Shown here piece by piece: positions 1 to 9,584 of a stretch of 64,000 nt of DNA. The stretch lies in assembly GCA_944393375.1 (NCBI GenBank), contig CALXZX010000002.1, positions 15,487 through 79,486 on the forward strand, written 5' to 3'. The position numbers were made by a program, and so were the translations under genes. The notes below the pieces were generated by a model. That model saw nothing but the letters and a program-made list of their open reading frames with translations, ran no database searches and was not told where the DNA came from. The stretch is from an uncultured Clostridia bacterium. Its GTDB lineage: Bacteria > Bacillota > Clostridia > TANB77 > CAG-508. Each line of letters opens with the position of its first letter. Within the stretch, counting starts at the first letter, position 1.

Positions 1-243
1 AATACAGCAACAATTATTAATTTTAAAGGAAATGTAAAGATAAAAAATAAAAGATTTAATGGATTAAATATTAATGATTATGAAATTGATTGGAAAACAA
101 ATCCATATTTAGAGGATTTTGAAGCAAAAGATGTTTATGAAGCAATGCAATATAAAAATCAACCAATACAAGAAACTTTGAAGAAATTGAAAAGAGACAA
201 TGTAATGATTCAACATTTAAAAGGAGTAAAAACAATAATATAA
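1..243 (+). CDS. 3' end of an unidentified CDS (partial, enters from upstream of the window)
   Basis: Frame 1 is open from base 1 to TAA at 241-243 (80 codons), which is long for such an AT-rich sequence. No recognisable domain. Confidence 0.4.
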   Translation, partial: NTATIINFKGNVKIKNKRFNGLNINDYEIDWKTNPYLEDFEAKDVYEAMQYKNQPIQETLKKLKRDNVMIQHLKGVKTII

Positions 244-447
244 CATTAATTTTTAGAATATACATATTTTAACATTTTTAACTTGATTATAAGGAATTTG
301 TGAAAATCTTAAAAATTTTATCAAATACTTTCCTTTTTTTATAAAATATAATATAATGTAGATATCGATTTTCGACAACTTGAATAAGTAACGAAAATAG
401 AATTTTTACAAAATGAAATTTGTACAAACTGGCAAGGAGGTAAACAT

Positions 448-3084
448 ATGCCAAGTAGTAATAGAAGAAGTAGTGATGAAGATAAAACAAGGAAATATAA
501 TATGAAAAATGCAATAAAAAGAAGAAGACCTAGTACGACAAACAAAAAAGATATGAAATCAACGAAAAGAGTACCAACACAAAATACCAATAGAAAAGGT
601 AAAGGAAAAAAATCAAAAAATAAAGAAGGAAAATTTTCATCAAGACATCCAAAATTAATGATGGCAATTAGAATTTTTATATTATTATTCTTATTATTAT
701 GTGTCATTGGAGCAGGTGTGGTAGCTGGCGTATTTTTTGGACTATTTGGTGACGATTTTGAAATTACCAAAGAAGAATTAACCATTGGTGCTGCTAACTC
801 TGTTATCGTAGACCAAAATGGTGCAGTTATTGCTGAATTAAGTGGTGATGAAAAAAGAAAGATTATTACCCTTGAAGATATGGCAGAGTATTTGCCAAAA
901 GCTTATGTAGCTATGGAAGATGAAAGATTTTATCAACATAATGGTGTAGACTTAAAAAGGACAGCAGGAGCTATATTACAAACTTTATTAGGAAATAGTT
1001 CTTATGGTGGAAGTACGATTACACAACAATTAGTAAAAAATTTAACACAGGATGATGAAAGATCTGGTATAGCAGGTATCATGAGGAAAGTAAGAGAATG
1101 GGCAAAAGCATATCAAGTAGAAAGAATGATATCAAAAGACCAAATCTTAGAATTATATTTAAATATATTGTATGTTGGTGGAGAAGGAAATTTACATGGT
1201 GTTGAATTAGGTGCAGAATACTACTTTAACAAAAGTGCTAAAGACTTAACTCTAGCAGAATGTGCATATATGGCTGGAATTAATAGTTCTCCTAGTAGAT
1301 ATAATCCATTTGATGAAACAAAAGATAATACAGAATTAATAAAAAATCAAACAAAAGTAGCTTTAAATAAAATGAATGAATTAGGATATATTAACAGCCA
1401 AGAAGAATATGATGCAGCAATTGCAGAAGTTGATGCAGGATTAAAATTCCAAAAAGGAGAAATTGCAACCACTTCTTCATATTCATATCATACAGAAGCC
1501 GTTTTAGACCAAGTTATTGACCAAGTTATGGAAGAAAGAGGTTGGTCTCAACAATTGGCAGAAAATTATGTATATAGTAGTGGACTTACTATTTACTCAA
1601 CAGTAGATACCAATATTCAAACACAAATGGAAGAAGAATTTGCCAAAGATAGGTATATCATTACAGGAAAAGAAACTGACAAGACAACAGGAGAGAAAAA
1701 GAATGACCATTCTCAAGCAGCTATGGTTGTTATTGACTATAAAACAGGAAATGTAGTAGGAACTGTTGGAGGATTAGGAGAAAAAACGGAAAGTAGAGGA
1801 CTAAATAGAGCAACACAAAGTGTTAGACAAACTGGTTCTTCTATCAAACCAATAGCTGTTATAGCACCAGCTCTACAAGAAAAAGTGATAACAGCAGCGA
1901 CAGCATATATGGATCAAGAAACAAACTTTGGAGGAAATTATACACCTAAGAATCAAAATGGTAAATTTAGTAATGAATCAGTAAACATAAGATATTTTAT
2001 TGCAAAATCTTTAAATGTACCAGCAGTCAAAATTATGAGAGAATTAACACCAAGTAAATCTATAGAATATTTAAATAAAATGGGACTTAGTCATATTACT
2101 GCAGAACAAGATGCTGATTTGTCTTTAGCATTAGGAGGAACAACCAATGGTGCAACACCATTAGAAATGGCAGCAGCATATGCGTCAATTGCAAATGATG
2201 GTGTATATATTACACCAACTTTCTATACAAAAGTTGTAGATTCTAGTGGTAATACAGTATTAACTCCAAAACAAGAACAAACAAGAGTTATATCAGAACA
2301 AAATGCATATATTGTGAAATCTATATTACAAGAACCAGTAAAATCTGGAGGAACAGCAACTTATTGTGCAATCAGTGGAATGGATGTCGCAGCAAAAACA
2401 GGAACAACAGATGATGATTACGACAGATGGCTTTGTGGATTTACACCATATTATGCAGCAGCATGTTGGTTTGGATATGACCAACCAGAAACAGTGCAGT
2501 ATTCTGGAAATCCGGCAGGTAATATTTGGGATGGTGTTATGACAGCAATTCATAAGGATTTAGCAAATGCAACTTTTACAAGACCAAGTGGTATTGTAGA
2601 GCAAACTGTATGTAGGACAACAGGATGTTTAGCAACAACAGGATGTAATAATAAATATACAGAAATCTTTACACAAGACAATTTACCAGAACAATGTGAG
2701 GGACATGGAAGTCAAACAATTTGTTCTGAATCAGGTTTAGTTGCAACAGAATATTGTGAACAATATTGTGAAGTTAGACAAAACTATTATGGAGCAGTTC
2801 TACCAAAAGAACAATTAGGACTATGGACACCAGTTAGTGGTTCAAGTTCATCAGGAACTAGAATAAATGGAACTTGTACATTACATACAGAACCAAAAGA
2901 AAAAGAGCCTGAAAAACCTGAACCAAATACAAATACAACAAATACAACAAATTCAACAGGGGGAAATACAACAACAGGAAATGGAAATACGACAACAGGT
3001 AATGATAATACAACAACAGGAAACGGAAATACAATAACAGGCAATGATAATACAACTAATGAGAATGGAAATACAACACAATAA
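448..3084 (+). CDS. Class A penicillin-binding protein (bifunctional transglycosylase/transpeptidase, PBP1A-like) with Asn/Thr/Gly-repeat C-terminal tail
   Basis: AAGGAGG RBS at 434-440. Basic N-tail plus a single TM. GT51 motifs EDERFYQHNGVD, GGSTITQQ, RKVREW. Transpeptidase motifs SSIKP (SxxK) and KTGTT. The last ~50 aa are GN(G/D)NTTT repeats. Confidence 0.93.
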   Translation: MPSSNRRSSDEDKTRKYNMKNAIKRRRPSTTNKKDMKSTKRVPTQNTNRKGKGKKSKNKEGKFSSRHPKLMMAIRIFILLFLLLCVIGAGVVAGVFFGLFGDDFEITKEELTIGAANSVIVDQNGAVIAELSGDEKRKIITLEDMAEYLPKAYVAMEDERFYQHNGVDLKRTAGAILQTLLGNSSYGGSTITQQLVKNLTQDDERSGIAGIMRKVREWAKAYQVERMISKDQILELYLNILYVGGEGNLHGVELGAEYYFNKSAKDLTLAECAYMAGINSSPSRYNPFDETKDNTELIKNQTKVALNKMNELGYINSQEEYDAAIAEVDAGLKFQKGEIATTSSYSYHTEAVLDQVIDQVMEERGWSQQLAENYVYSSGLTIYSTVDTNIQTQMEEEFAKDRYIITGKETDKTTGEKKNDHSQAAMVVIDYKTGNVVGTVGGLGEKTESRGLNRATQSVRQTGSSIKPIAVIAPALQEKVITAATAYMDQETNFGGNYTPKNQNGKFSNESVNIRYFIAKSLNVPAVKIMRELTPSKSIEYLNKMGLSHITAEQDADLSLALGGTTNGATPLEMAAAYASIANDGVYITPTFYTKVVDSSGNTVLTPKQEQTRVISEQNAYIVKSILQEPVKSGGTATYCAISGMDVAAKTGTTDDDYDRWLCGFTPYYAAACWFGYDQPETVQYSGNPAGNIWDGVMTAIHKDLANATFTRPSGIVEQTVCRTTGCLATTGCNNKYTEIFTQDNLPEQCEGHGSQTICSESGLVATEYCEQYCEVRQNYYGAVLPKEQLGLWTPVSGSSSSGTRINGTCTLHTEPKEKEPEKPEPNTNTTNTTNSTGGNTTTGNGNTTTGNDNTTTGNGNTITGNDNTTNENGNTTQ

Positions 3085-3102
3085 TAAAAAAGGAGAAAAT
3101 AA

Positions 3103-3135
3103 TTAAGATGTGAAAATCATTTCACATCTTAATTT
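3103..3135 (+). terminator. Hairpin terminator after the PBP gene
   Basis: Perfect 13-bp stem ttaagatgtgaaa / tttcacatcttaa with a 4-nt loop, followed by a short T-run. Confidence 0.6.
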
Positions 3136-3150
3136 AAAAAAGGAGGAAAT

Positions 3151-4548
3151 ATGGATATATATTTATATAATACATTAACAAAAGAAAAAGACTTATTTAA
3201 GCCAATCAATGACAAGGAAGTAAGAATATATTCATGTGGACCAACTGTATATAAAGATGCAACCATTGGAAATATGAGAACAAATATATTTCAAGATGTA
3301 TTAAGAAGAATGTTAAAATATAATGGTTATACAATTAAACATGTCATGAATATAACAGATGTAGGACATTTGGTTTCTGATGGAGATGAAGGAGAAGACA
3401 AAATGATTAAATCAGCTAGAGAAGAACATAAAACACCATTAGAAATAGCAGAACATTATACGAAATTATTTTTTGACGATTTAAAAGACTTAAATATTGA
3501 AATACCTGAAATTATTTGTAAAGCAACAGATTATATTCCAGAAATGCTAGAATATGTAGAAGAACTTGTAGAAAAAGGATATGCGTATGAAACATCTACT
3601 GCTATTTATTTTGATGTTTCTAAATTAGATAAATACCCAGTTTTATCAAATGTAAATGTAGAAGAACAAAAAGCAGGGGCAAGAGTGGATGTAGACCCAG
3701 AAAAAAGAAATCCGTATGATTTTGCTTTATGGATAAAGGCACCTAAAAATCATTTAATGAAATGGGATAGTCCATGGGGACCAAGTTATCCAGGATGGCA
3801 TATTGAATGTTCTGCTATGTCAAGAAAACATTTAGGAGAGCAATTTGATATTCATACAGGGGGAATAGATTTAATACCAACACATCATGAAAATGAAATT
3901 GCACAAAGTAAAGGTGTATGTGGCAAAATACCTGCTAATTATTGGATACATGGAGAATATTTATTAATCAATGGTGGTAAAATGTCAAAAAGTTTAGGAA
4001 ATGTATATTTATTAAAAGACATTAAAGAAAAAGGATATGACCCATTGGTATATAAATTGTTATGCTATACATCTAGTTATAGAAATAAATTAAACTTTAC
4101 ATGGGAAGGAATAGAAGCATCTTCAAAATCATTAGAAAGATTAAGAAATGGTTATCAAGTAAATAAAAATGGAACAGATACTTTAAATGAAGAAGATAAA
4201 AAAGAATTAGATAGATTAGAAAATGAATTCCATAAAGCGATTAATGATGATATGAATATGCCTTTGGCTATGAGTTTTGTATGGGAAGTAATCAAATATT
4301 CAAAAAAATCACCAGAGATTGCAAAATTATTATTAAAATTTGATACAGTATTAGGAATTAAAATTGATAAAGAAGAAACCAATAAAGATATAGAAATTCC
4401 AGAAGATGTCTTAAAACTTGTAGAAGAAAGAAAACAAGCAAGACAAGAAAAAAATTGGGCAGAGTCAGATAGATTAAGAGATGTAATCAAAGAAAAAGGA
4501 TATGAAGTAAAAGATACAAAAGATGGAATGGAAATTCGTGAACTTTAA
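3151..4548 (+). CDS. cysS: Cysteine--tRNA ligase
   Basis: AGGAGG RBS. Class I aaRS with N-terminal CGPTVY...IGN(M)R motif region, WHIECS zinc site and KMSKS loop (GGKMSKSLGN). 465 aa. Confidence 0.95.
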   Translation: MDIYLYNTLTKEKDLFKPINDKEVRIYSCGPTVYKDATIGNMRTNIFQDVLRRMLKYNGYTIKHVMNITDVGHLVSDGDEGEDKMIKSAREEHKTPLEIAEHYTKLFFDDLKDLNIEIPEIICKATDYIPEMLEYVEELVEKGYAYETSTAIYFDVSKLDKYPVLSNVNVEEQKAGARVDVDPEKRNPYDFALWIKAPKNHLMKWDSPWGPSYPGWHIECSAMSRKHLGEQFDIHTGGIDLIPTHHENEIAQSKGVCGKIPANYWIHGEYLLINGGKMSKSLGNVYLLKDIKEKGYDPLVYKLLCYTSSYRNKLNFTWEGIEASSKSLERLRNGYQVNKNGTDTLNEEDKKELDRLENEFHKAINDDMNMPLAMSFVWEVIKYSKKSPEIAKLLLKFDTVLGIKIDKEETNKDIEIPEDVLKLVEERKQARQEKNWAESDRLRDVIKEKGYEVKDTKDGMEIREL

Positions 4549-4576
4549 GGATAGATTCCTTAAAGTTCAATTTTTT
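4540..4576 (+). terminator. Rho-independent terminator of cysS
   Basis: 12-bp stem gaactttaagga / tccttaaagttc, 5-nt loop, then TTTTTT. The stem overlaps the cysS stop codon. Confidence 0.8.
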
Positions 4577-4588
4577 ATATATTATAGC

Positions 4589-4617
4589 TTGTACTTTTGG
4601 CTAACTAGTAATATAAT
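4589..4617 (+). promoter_or_regulatory. Sigma-A-type promoter for galE
   Basis: TTGTAC (4589-4594), 17-nt spacer, TATAAT (4612-4617), about 38 nt upstream of the galE ATG. Confidence 0.55.
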
Positions 4618-4654
4618 ATAAGCGTAAATAATATATAAAGAAAGGAATGATTTT

Positions 4655-5659
4655 ATGGCAATATTATTACCAGGAGGTGCTGGATTTATAGGAAGCCACA
4701 CAGCAGTAGAATTATTAAATGCAGGAAAAGAAATTGTTATTATAGATGATTTTTCTAATAGTAAACCAAGTGTATTAGATGCAATTAAGAAAATAACAGG
4801 AAAAGATTTTAAATTTTATGAAATGAATTATATGGATAGAGAAAAACTAGAAAAAGTTTTTGAAGAAAATGACATAGAAGCAGTTATTAATTTTGCTGGA
4901 TTTAAAGCAGTAGGAGAATCTGTTCAAAAGCCAATTGAATATTATACAAATAATATTTCAGGAGCCTTAGTTGTATTAGACACTATGAGAAAATATAATT
5001 GTAAAACATTTATATTTAGCTCATCAGCAACTGTATATGGAGATCCAGAAACGATTCCAATAACAGAAGAATGTAAAACTGGAGGAACAACAAATCCATA
5101 TGGTACAAGTAAATTATTTATTGAACAAATTTTAAAAGATATTTATCATTCAGACAATACATGGAATATTTGTATATTAAGATATTTTAATCCAGTAGGA
5201 GCACATGAAAGTGGATTAATTGGAGAAGAACCACAAGGAATTCCAAATAATTTAATGCCATATATAGCACGTGTTGCAGCAGGAACTTTACCAGAACTAT
5301 CTGTATTTGGAAATGATTATGATACACCAGATGGAACAGGCGTTAGAGATTATATTCATGTTGTAGATTTGGCAAAAGGACATGTAAAAGCTTTAGAAAA
5401 ATTAGAAAAAGAAGAAGAAGGATTGTATATCTATAACTTAGGAACAGGAAAAGGATATAGTGTATTAGATATGGTAAAAGCCTTTGAAAAAGCAACAGGT
5501 CAAAAAGTACCATATAAAATCACAGCAAGAAGGGAAGGAGATATTGCAACTTGTTATGCAGATCCTCAAAAAGCAAAAGAAGAATTAGGATGGACAGCAG
5601 AAAAAACACTAGAAGATATGTGTTTAGACTCATGGAACTATATTCAAACAACCAAATAG
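4655..5659 (+). CDS. galE: UDP-glucose 4-epimerase
   Basis: NAD-binding GGAGFIGSH near the N-terminus, catalytic S...YxxxK (YGTSK), 334 aa with typical GalE length and layout. Confidence 0.93.
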   Translation: MAILLPGGAGFIGSHTAVELLNAGKEIVIIDDFSNSKPSVLDAIKKITGKDFKFYEMNYMDREKLEKVFEENDIEAVINFAGFKAVGESVQKPIEYYTNNISGALVVLDTMRKYNCKTFIFSSSATVYGDPETIPITEECKTGGTTNPYGTSKLFIEQILKDIYHSDNTWNICILRYFNPVGAHESGLIGEEPQGIPNNLMPYIARVAAGTLPELSVFGNDYDTPDGTGVRDYIHVVDLAKGHVKALEKLEKEEEGLYIYNLGTGKGYSVLDMVKAFEKATGQKVPYKITARREGDIATCYADPQKAKEELGWTAEKTLEDMCLDSWNYIQTTK

Positions 5660-5661
5660 TA

Positions 5662-5753
5662 AAAAAGGGAAATTGGGGACAGACTCATTTTTCCCTTTTT
5701 TTACATCTCAATTTAAAAAGGGAAAAATGAGTCTGTCCCCAATTTCCCTTTTT
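5662..5753. terminator. Long perfect palindrome between convergent galE and crp/fnr genes (bidirectional terminator, REP-like element)
   Basis: The arm aaagggaaattggggacagactcatttttccc (within 5662-5695) is the exact reverse complement of gggaaaaatgagtctgtccccaatttcccttt (within 5720-5753). A/T runs lie on both outer sides. Confidence 0.75.
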
Positions 5754-6384
5754 ATTTATACAACAAAATAATTCGATTTCCAATTTTTTCAATAAAGCCA
5801 TCTTCTTTTAATAGTTTTAATTCTCTCATCATCGCACTTCTATCAACACTTAAATAATCTGCTAAATCAGTTAAAGAAAAAGGTAGCTCAAAAGAAGTAC
5901 TTAATTTCCTAGTAGAAAGTAAAGAAAAATAGCCAAGTAATTTATCTCTAGTAGATCTTTTGGTTAATAATTCAATTCTCATATTTAAATCTGTTACTTT
6001 ATTTAATATGAGTTGTGGTAAATTTTCAGATAAGGTTTGGTGAAATTTACAATTGTTTCTACATTTATGGAAAATATCATCATATATGTAGAAAAGAACT
6101 GTACAATTTGATTTTGCTTCAACTAATAATTCATTATTAGTTGTGATGGTATAAAATACCTCACCAAAAAGAGCATTTTTTGAAAAATGTTCTACAATTG
6201 TTCGATTACCATTTAAGTCATAACGTACCAAATCGGCATTTCCATCTAATAATATACATAATTGATTTCGGTTTTTAATATAAGTTGTAACAACTTCATT
6301 TTTGCTAAAGACTTTTTTTTGCTTTTTTTGACAAGAATTTGAAAAGTCAAGAATAAAGTTTTCTATGTCAAAGTTAGTGTTCAC
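5752..6384 (-). CDS. Crp/Fnr family transcriptional regulator
   Basis: GTG start 7 nt after AAGGAGG. cNMP-binding-like beta-roll N-terminal half and C-terminal HTH (LTDLADYLSVDRSAMMRELKLLKEDGFI). 210 aa. Confidence 0.85.
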   Translation of the reverse strand: MNTNFDIENFILDFSNSCQKKQKKVFSKNEVVTTYIKNRNQLCILLDGNADLVRYDLNGNRTIVEHFSKNALFGEVFYTITTNNELLVEAKSNCTVLFYIYDDIFHKCRNNCKFHQTLSENLPQLILNKVTDLNMRIELLTKRSTRDKLLGYFSLLSTRKLSTSFELPFSLTDLADYLSVDRSAMMRELKLLKEDGFIEKIGNRIILLYK

Positions 6385-6429
6385 GTTTTTTCCTCCTTTT
6401 AAATTACATAAGCATTATACATTAAAAAA

Positions 6430-6443
6430 GTTGCAAAAGCAAC
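6430..6443. promoter_or_regulatory. 5-4-5 palindrome GTTGC-N4-GCAAC overlapping the -35 region of the crp/fnr-family gene promoter (candidate autoregulatory site)
   Basis: The minus strand reads GTTGCTTTTGCAAC-10 nt-TATAAT, then AAGGAGG and the GTG start. Confidence 0.5.
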
Positions 6444-6552
6444 AAAAGGGTAAAAATATTTTTGTAATATTTTTGTAATATATTTGTAATAAAAGAAAAA
6501 TACCTAGAGGTGAAAGAGATTAAGAACTGGGAAAAGTTTTTTTTCATAATGT

Positions 6553-6566
6553 GTTGCTTTTGCAAC
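6553..6566. promoter_or_regulatory. 5-4-5 palindrome GTTGC-N4-GCAAC at class II (about -41) position of the nrdD promoter
   Basis: GTTGCTTTTGCAAC is centred at 6559/6560. TATAAT lies at 6588-6593, so the predicted TSS is near 6600 and the site centre near -41. Confidence 0.55.
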
Positions 6567-6625
6567 GGAAAATAAAAATTGTAGATGTATAATGTAACCA
6601 TACTAATCGAAGGAGGAAATGTAAA

Positions 6626-8752
6626 ATGAAAGTTATTAAGAGGGATGGAAGAGCTGTAGACTATGACAGAGCAAAGATTCAAACAGCAATCGAAAAAGCA
6701 AATCAGGAGGTAAAGCCAAAAGAAAGAGCAACTAAAGAAGATATAAAAGGAATTATTCAATATATAGAAGAATTAAATAAAAAGAGAATGTTAGTTGAAG
6801 ATATCCAAGATATCATTGAAGAAAAATTAATGGAAATTGAAAAATATGAACTAGCTAAAAAATATATTGTATATAGATATACAAGAGCATTAGTCAGAAA
6901 ACAAAATACAACTGATGAAACTATATTAGGATTAATTAGAAATGAAAATAAAGAACTAGCAGAAGAAAACTCAAATAAAAATACATTACTTGCTTCAACA
7001 CAAAGAGATTATATTGCAGGTGAAGTATCAAGAGATTTAACAAGAAGACTATTATTACCAGAAAAAATTGCCAAAGCAGACGCTGATGGAGTTTTACATT
7101 TCCACGACGCCGATTATTTTGTACAACCAATCTTTAACTGTTGTTTAATTAATATAGCAGATATGTTAGATAATGGAACTGTTATGAATGGGAAGATGAT
7201 AGAAAGTCCAAAGAGTTTCCAAGTAGCATGTACAGTTACAACACAAATTATTGCAGCAGTTGCAAGTAACCAATATGGTGGACAATCAGTAGATTTAAAA
7301 CATTTAGGAAAATATTTAAGAAAAAGCTATAATAAATTTAAATCAGAAATAGAGAAAAAATATAAAGGAAAATTGTCTGATAACATAATAGAAGATTTAG
7401 TACAAGATAGATTAAAAGCAGAATTAAAAGCAGGTGTACAAACGATTCAATATCAAATCAATACCTTAATGACAACCAATGGACAATCTCCATTTGTAAC
7501 ATTATTCTTACATCTAGAAGATGGAGACCCATACATTAAAGAAAATGCTATGATTATTGAAGAAGTATTAAGACAAAGATATCAAGGTATTAAAAATGAA
7601 GCAGGTGTATATGTTACACCAGCATTCCCAAAACTAGTATATGTATTAGATGAATGTAACTGCCTAAAAGGTGGAGAATATGACTATTTAACGAAATTAG
7701 CTGTTAAATGTTCAGCAAAGAGAATGTATCCAGATTATATCTCAGCTAAGAAAATGAGAGAAAATTATGAAGGTAATGTATTTAGTCCAATGGGATGTAG
7801 AAGTTTCTTATCACCTTGGAAAGATGAAAATGGAAACTATAAATTTGAAGGAAGATTTAATCAAGGTGTTGTTAGTATCAACTTACCACAAGTAGCCATT
7901 GTGGCAGATGGAGATGAAGATAAATTCTGGAAATTATTAGATGAAAGACTAGAACTATGTAAAGAAGCTTTAATGTGTAGACATTATGCATTACTAGGAA
8001 CACATTCTGATATTAGCCCAATTCACTGGCAATATGGTGCAATTGCAAGATTAGCAAAAGGGGAAAAGATAGATAAATTATTATATGGTGGATATTCAAC
8101 CATTTCATTAGGATATATTGGTATATATGAAATGACAAAAGTAATGAAAGGTGTATCACATACAACACCAGAAGGGCATGACTTTGCAATTAAAGTTATG
8201 AAACATTTAAGAGAAACTGTAGATAGATGGAAAAAAGAAACCAATATTGGATTTGCATTATATGGAACACCAGCAGAAAGCTTATGTTATAAATTTGCTA
8301 GAATTGATAAAGAAAAATTTGGAACAATTAAAGATGTAACAGATAAAGGATATTACACAAATTCATATCATGTAGATGTAAGAGAAAAAATTGATGCATT
8401 TGAAAAACTTGGATTTGAAAGTGAATTCCAAAAAATATCTTCAGGTGGGGCTATTTCATATATTGAAATACCAAATATGCAAAAAAATATTGATGCATTA
8501 GAAACAGCTGTTAAATTTATCTATGATAATATTCAATACGCTGAATTTAATACAAAATCAGATTACTGTCATGTTTGTGGATTTGATGGAGAAATTATCT
8601 TAAATAAAGATAATGAATGGGAATGTCCAAATTGTGGAAATAAAGATCATTCAAAAATGACAGTTGTTAGAAGAACTTGTGGATATTTAGGAGAAAACTT
8701 CTGGAATGCAGGCAAAACAAAAGAAATTAAACAAAGAGTAATGCATTTATAA
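6626..8752 (+). CDS. nrdD: Anaerobic ribonucleoside-triphosphate reductase (class III RNR)
   Basis: AAGGAGGA RBS. N-terminal ATP-cone (MKVIKRDGRAVDYDRAKI). C-terminal Cys4 ribbon (CHVCG...CPNCG) and glycyl-radical motif RRTCGYLG. 708 aa. Confidence 0.96.
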   Translation: MKVIKRDGRAVDYDRAKIQTAIEKANQEVKPKERATKEDIKGIIQYIEELNKKRMLVEDIQDIIEEKLMEIEKYELAKKYIVYRYTRALVRKQNTTDETILGLIRNENKELAEENSNKNTLLASTQRDYIAGEVSRDLTRRLLLPEKIAKADADGVLHFHDADYFVQPIFNCCLINIADMLDNGTVMNGKMIESPKSFQVACTVTTQIIAAVASNQYGGQSVDLKHLGKYLRKSYNKFKSEIEKKYKGKLSDNIIEDLVQDRLKAELKAGVQTIQYQINTLMTTNGQSPFVTLFLHLEDGDPYIKENAMIIEEVLRQRYQGIKNEAGVYVTPAFPKLVYVLDECNCLKGGEYDYLTKLAVKCSAKRMYPDYISAKKMRENYEGNVFSPMGCRSFLSPWKDENGNYKFEGRFNQGVVSINLPQVAIVADGDEDKFWKLLDERLELCKEALMCRHYALLGTHSDISPIHWQYGAIARLAKGEKIDKLLYGGYSTISLGYIGIYEMTKVMKGVSHTTPEGHDFAIKVMKHLRETVDRWKKETNIGFALYGTPAESLCYKFARIDKEKFGTIKDVTDKGYYTNSYHVDVREKIDAFEKLGFESEFQKISSGGAISYIEIPNMQKNIDALETAVKFIYDNIQYAEFNTKSDYCHVCGFDGEIILNKDNEWECPNCGNKDHSKMTVVRRTCGYLGENFWNAGKTKEIKQRVMHL

Positions 8753-8757
8753 TAGAA

Positions 8758-8784
8758 AAGGGAATATCCCAATTCCCTTTTTTA
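8758..8784 (+). terminator. Hairpin with T-run between nrdD and nrdG
   Basis: 8-bp stem aagggaat / attccctt, 6-nt loop, followed by TTTTT. Confidence 0.55.
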
Positions 8785-8899
8785 TTCTCAAAGATAACAA
8801 GGTTCTGGAGAACCTGGTGACAATCTTTGATTGGACGTATACCAGGTAAGCTCCTTATTCCTAATAAAATACAAAAATGGAGAAAAGAGGGAGATAGAT

Positions 8900-9421
8900 A
8901 TGAATTATGCAGATATAAAAAGAGTAGATGTAGCAAATGGAGAAGGGGTTAGAGTATCCGTATTTGTCAGTGGATGTAATCATCATTGTAAAGGATGCTT
9001 TAATGAATGTGCATGGGATTTCAATTATGGTAATAAATTTACAGATGAACAAATAGATCAAGTAATTAATTATTTGGACCATGACTATATTTCAGGACTA
9101 TCTCTTTTAGGAGGAGAGCCTTTAGAAAAGCAAAATCAAGAGGGACTTTTACCATTAGTTAAAAAAGTAAAAGAAAAATTTCCTGATAAAAATATATGGT
9201 GTTATACAGGCTTTGATTTTGAAAAAGATGTTGTCGGAAAAATGGCTCCTAATAATGAAACCACAAAAGAGCTTTTAAAATATATAGATGTAGTGGTAGA
9301 TGGTAAATTTGAAGAAGATAAAAAGGATTTAAGTCTTAGATTTAGAGGTTCTTCAAATCAAAGAATATTAGATGTTCAAGAAAGTTTGAAAGAGCATAGG
9401 CCAGTAGATTTTAAATTATGA
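8900..9421 (+). CDS. nrdG: Anaerobic RNR activating protein (radical SAM)
   Basis: The start is moved from the track ORF start (8831) to the ATG at 8900, which follows AGAGGGAG. N-terminus is MNYADIKRVDVANGEGVRVS. Radical-SAM cluster CNHHCKGC. Confidence 0.9.
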   Translation: MNYADIKRVDVANGEGVRVSVFVSGCNHHCKGCFNECAWDFNYGNKFTDEQIDQVINYLDHDYISGLSLLGGEPLEKQNQEGLLPLVKKVKEKFPDKNIWCYTGFDFEKDVVGKMAPNNETTKELLKYIDVVVDGKFEEDKKDLSLRFRGSSNQRILDVQESLKEHRPVDFKL

Positions 9422-9553
9422 TCAATTGGGACGTTTCTGTTTGAGAGATTTTAAAAGTTCATACAGGAATGTTCTATGTTTATAGGGTTACAATAGATAT
9501 GTTACACTAAAAGTAAAAAAATAAAAATAGGATAACACAAGATATATAGTATA

Positions 9554-9577
9554 AGGACTACTTTTGAAAGTAGTCCT
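9554..9577. terminator. Hairpin downstream of gatD (possible terminator)
   Basis: aggactacttt / aaagtagtcct inverted repeat. No clear U-tract on either strand. Confidence 0.4.
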
Positions 9578-9584
9578 ATTATAT

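Noticed and set aside
339-785. 148-aa minus-strand ORF overlapping the PBP start, and the minus-strand ORFs at 2787-3055
   Set aside because: They are antisense to the PBP gene and its repeat tail, low-complexity, and lack translation signals.
3085-3150. Possible T-box leader upstream of cysS
   Set aside because: The intergenic region is only 66 nt and is filled by the PBP terminator hairpin plus the RBS. That is far too short for a T-box.
8831-8899. N-terminal extension of nrdG from the track ORF
   Set aside because: The extension has no RBS and runs through the intergenic hairpin region. The ATG at 8900 has AGAGGGAG upstream and yields the canonical NrdG N-terminus.
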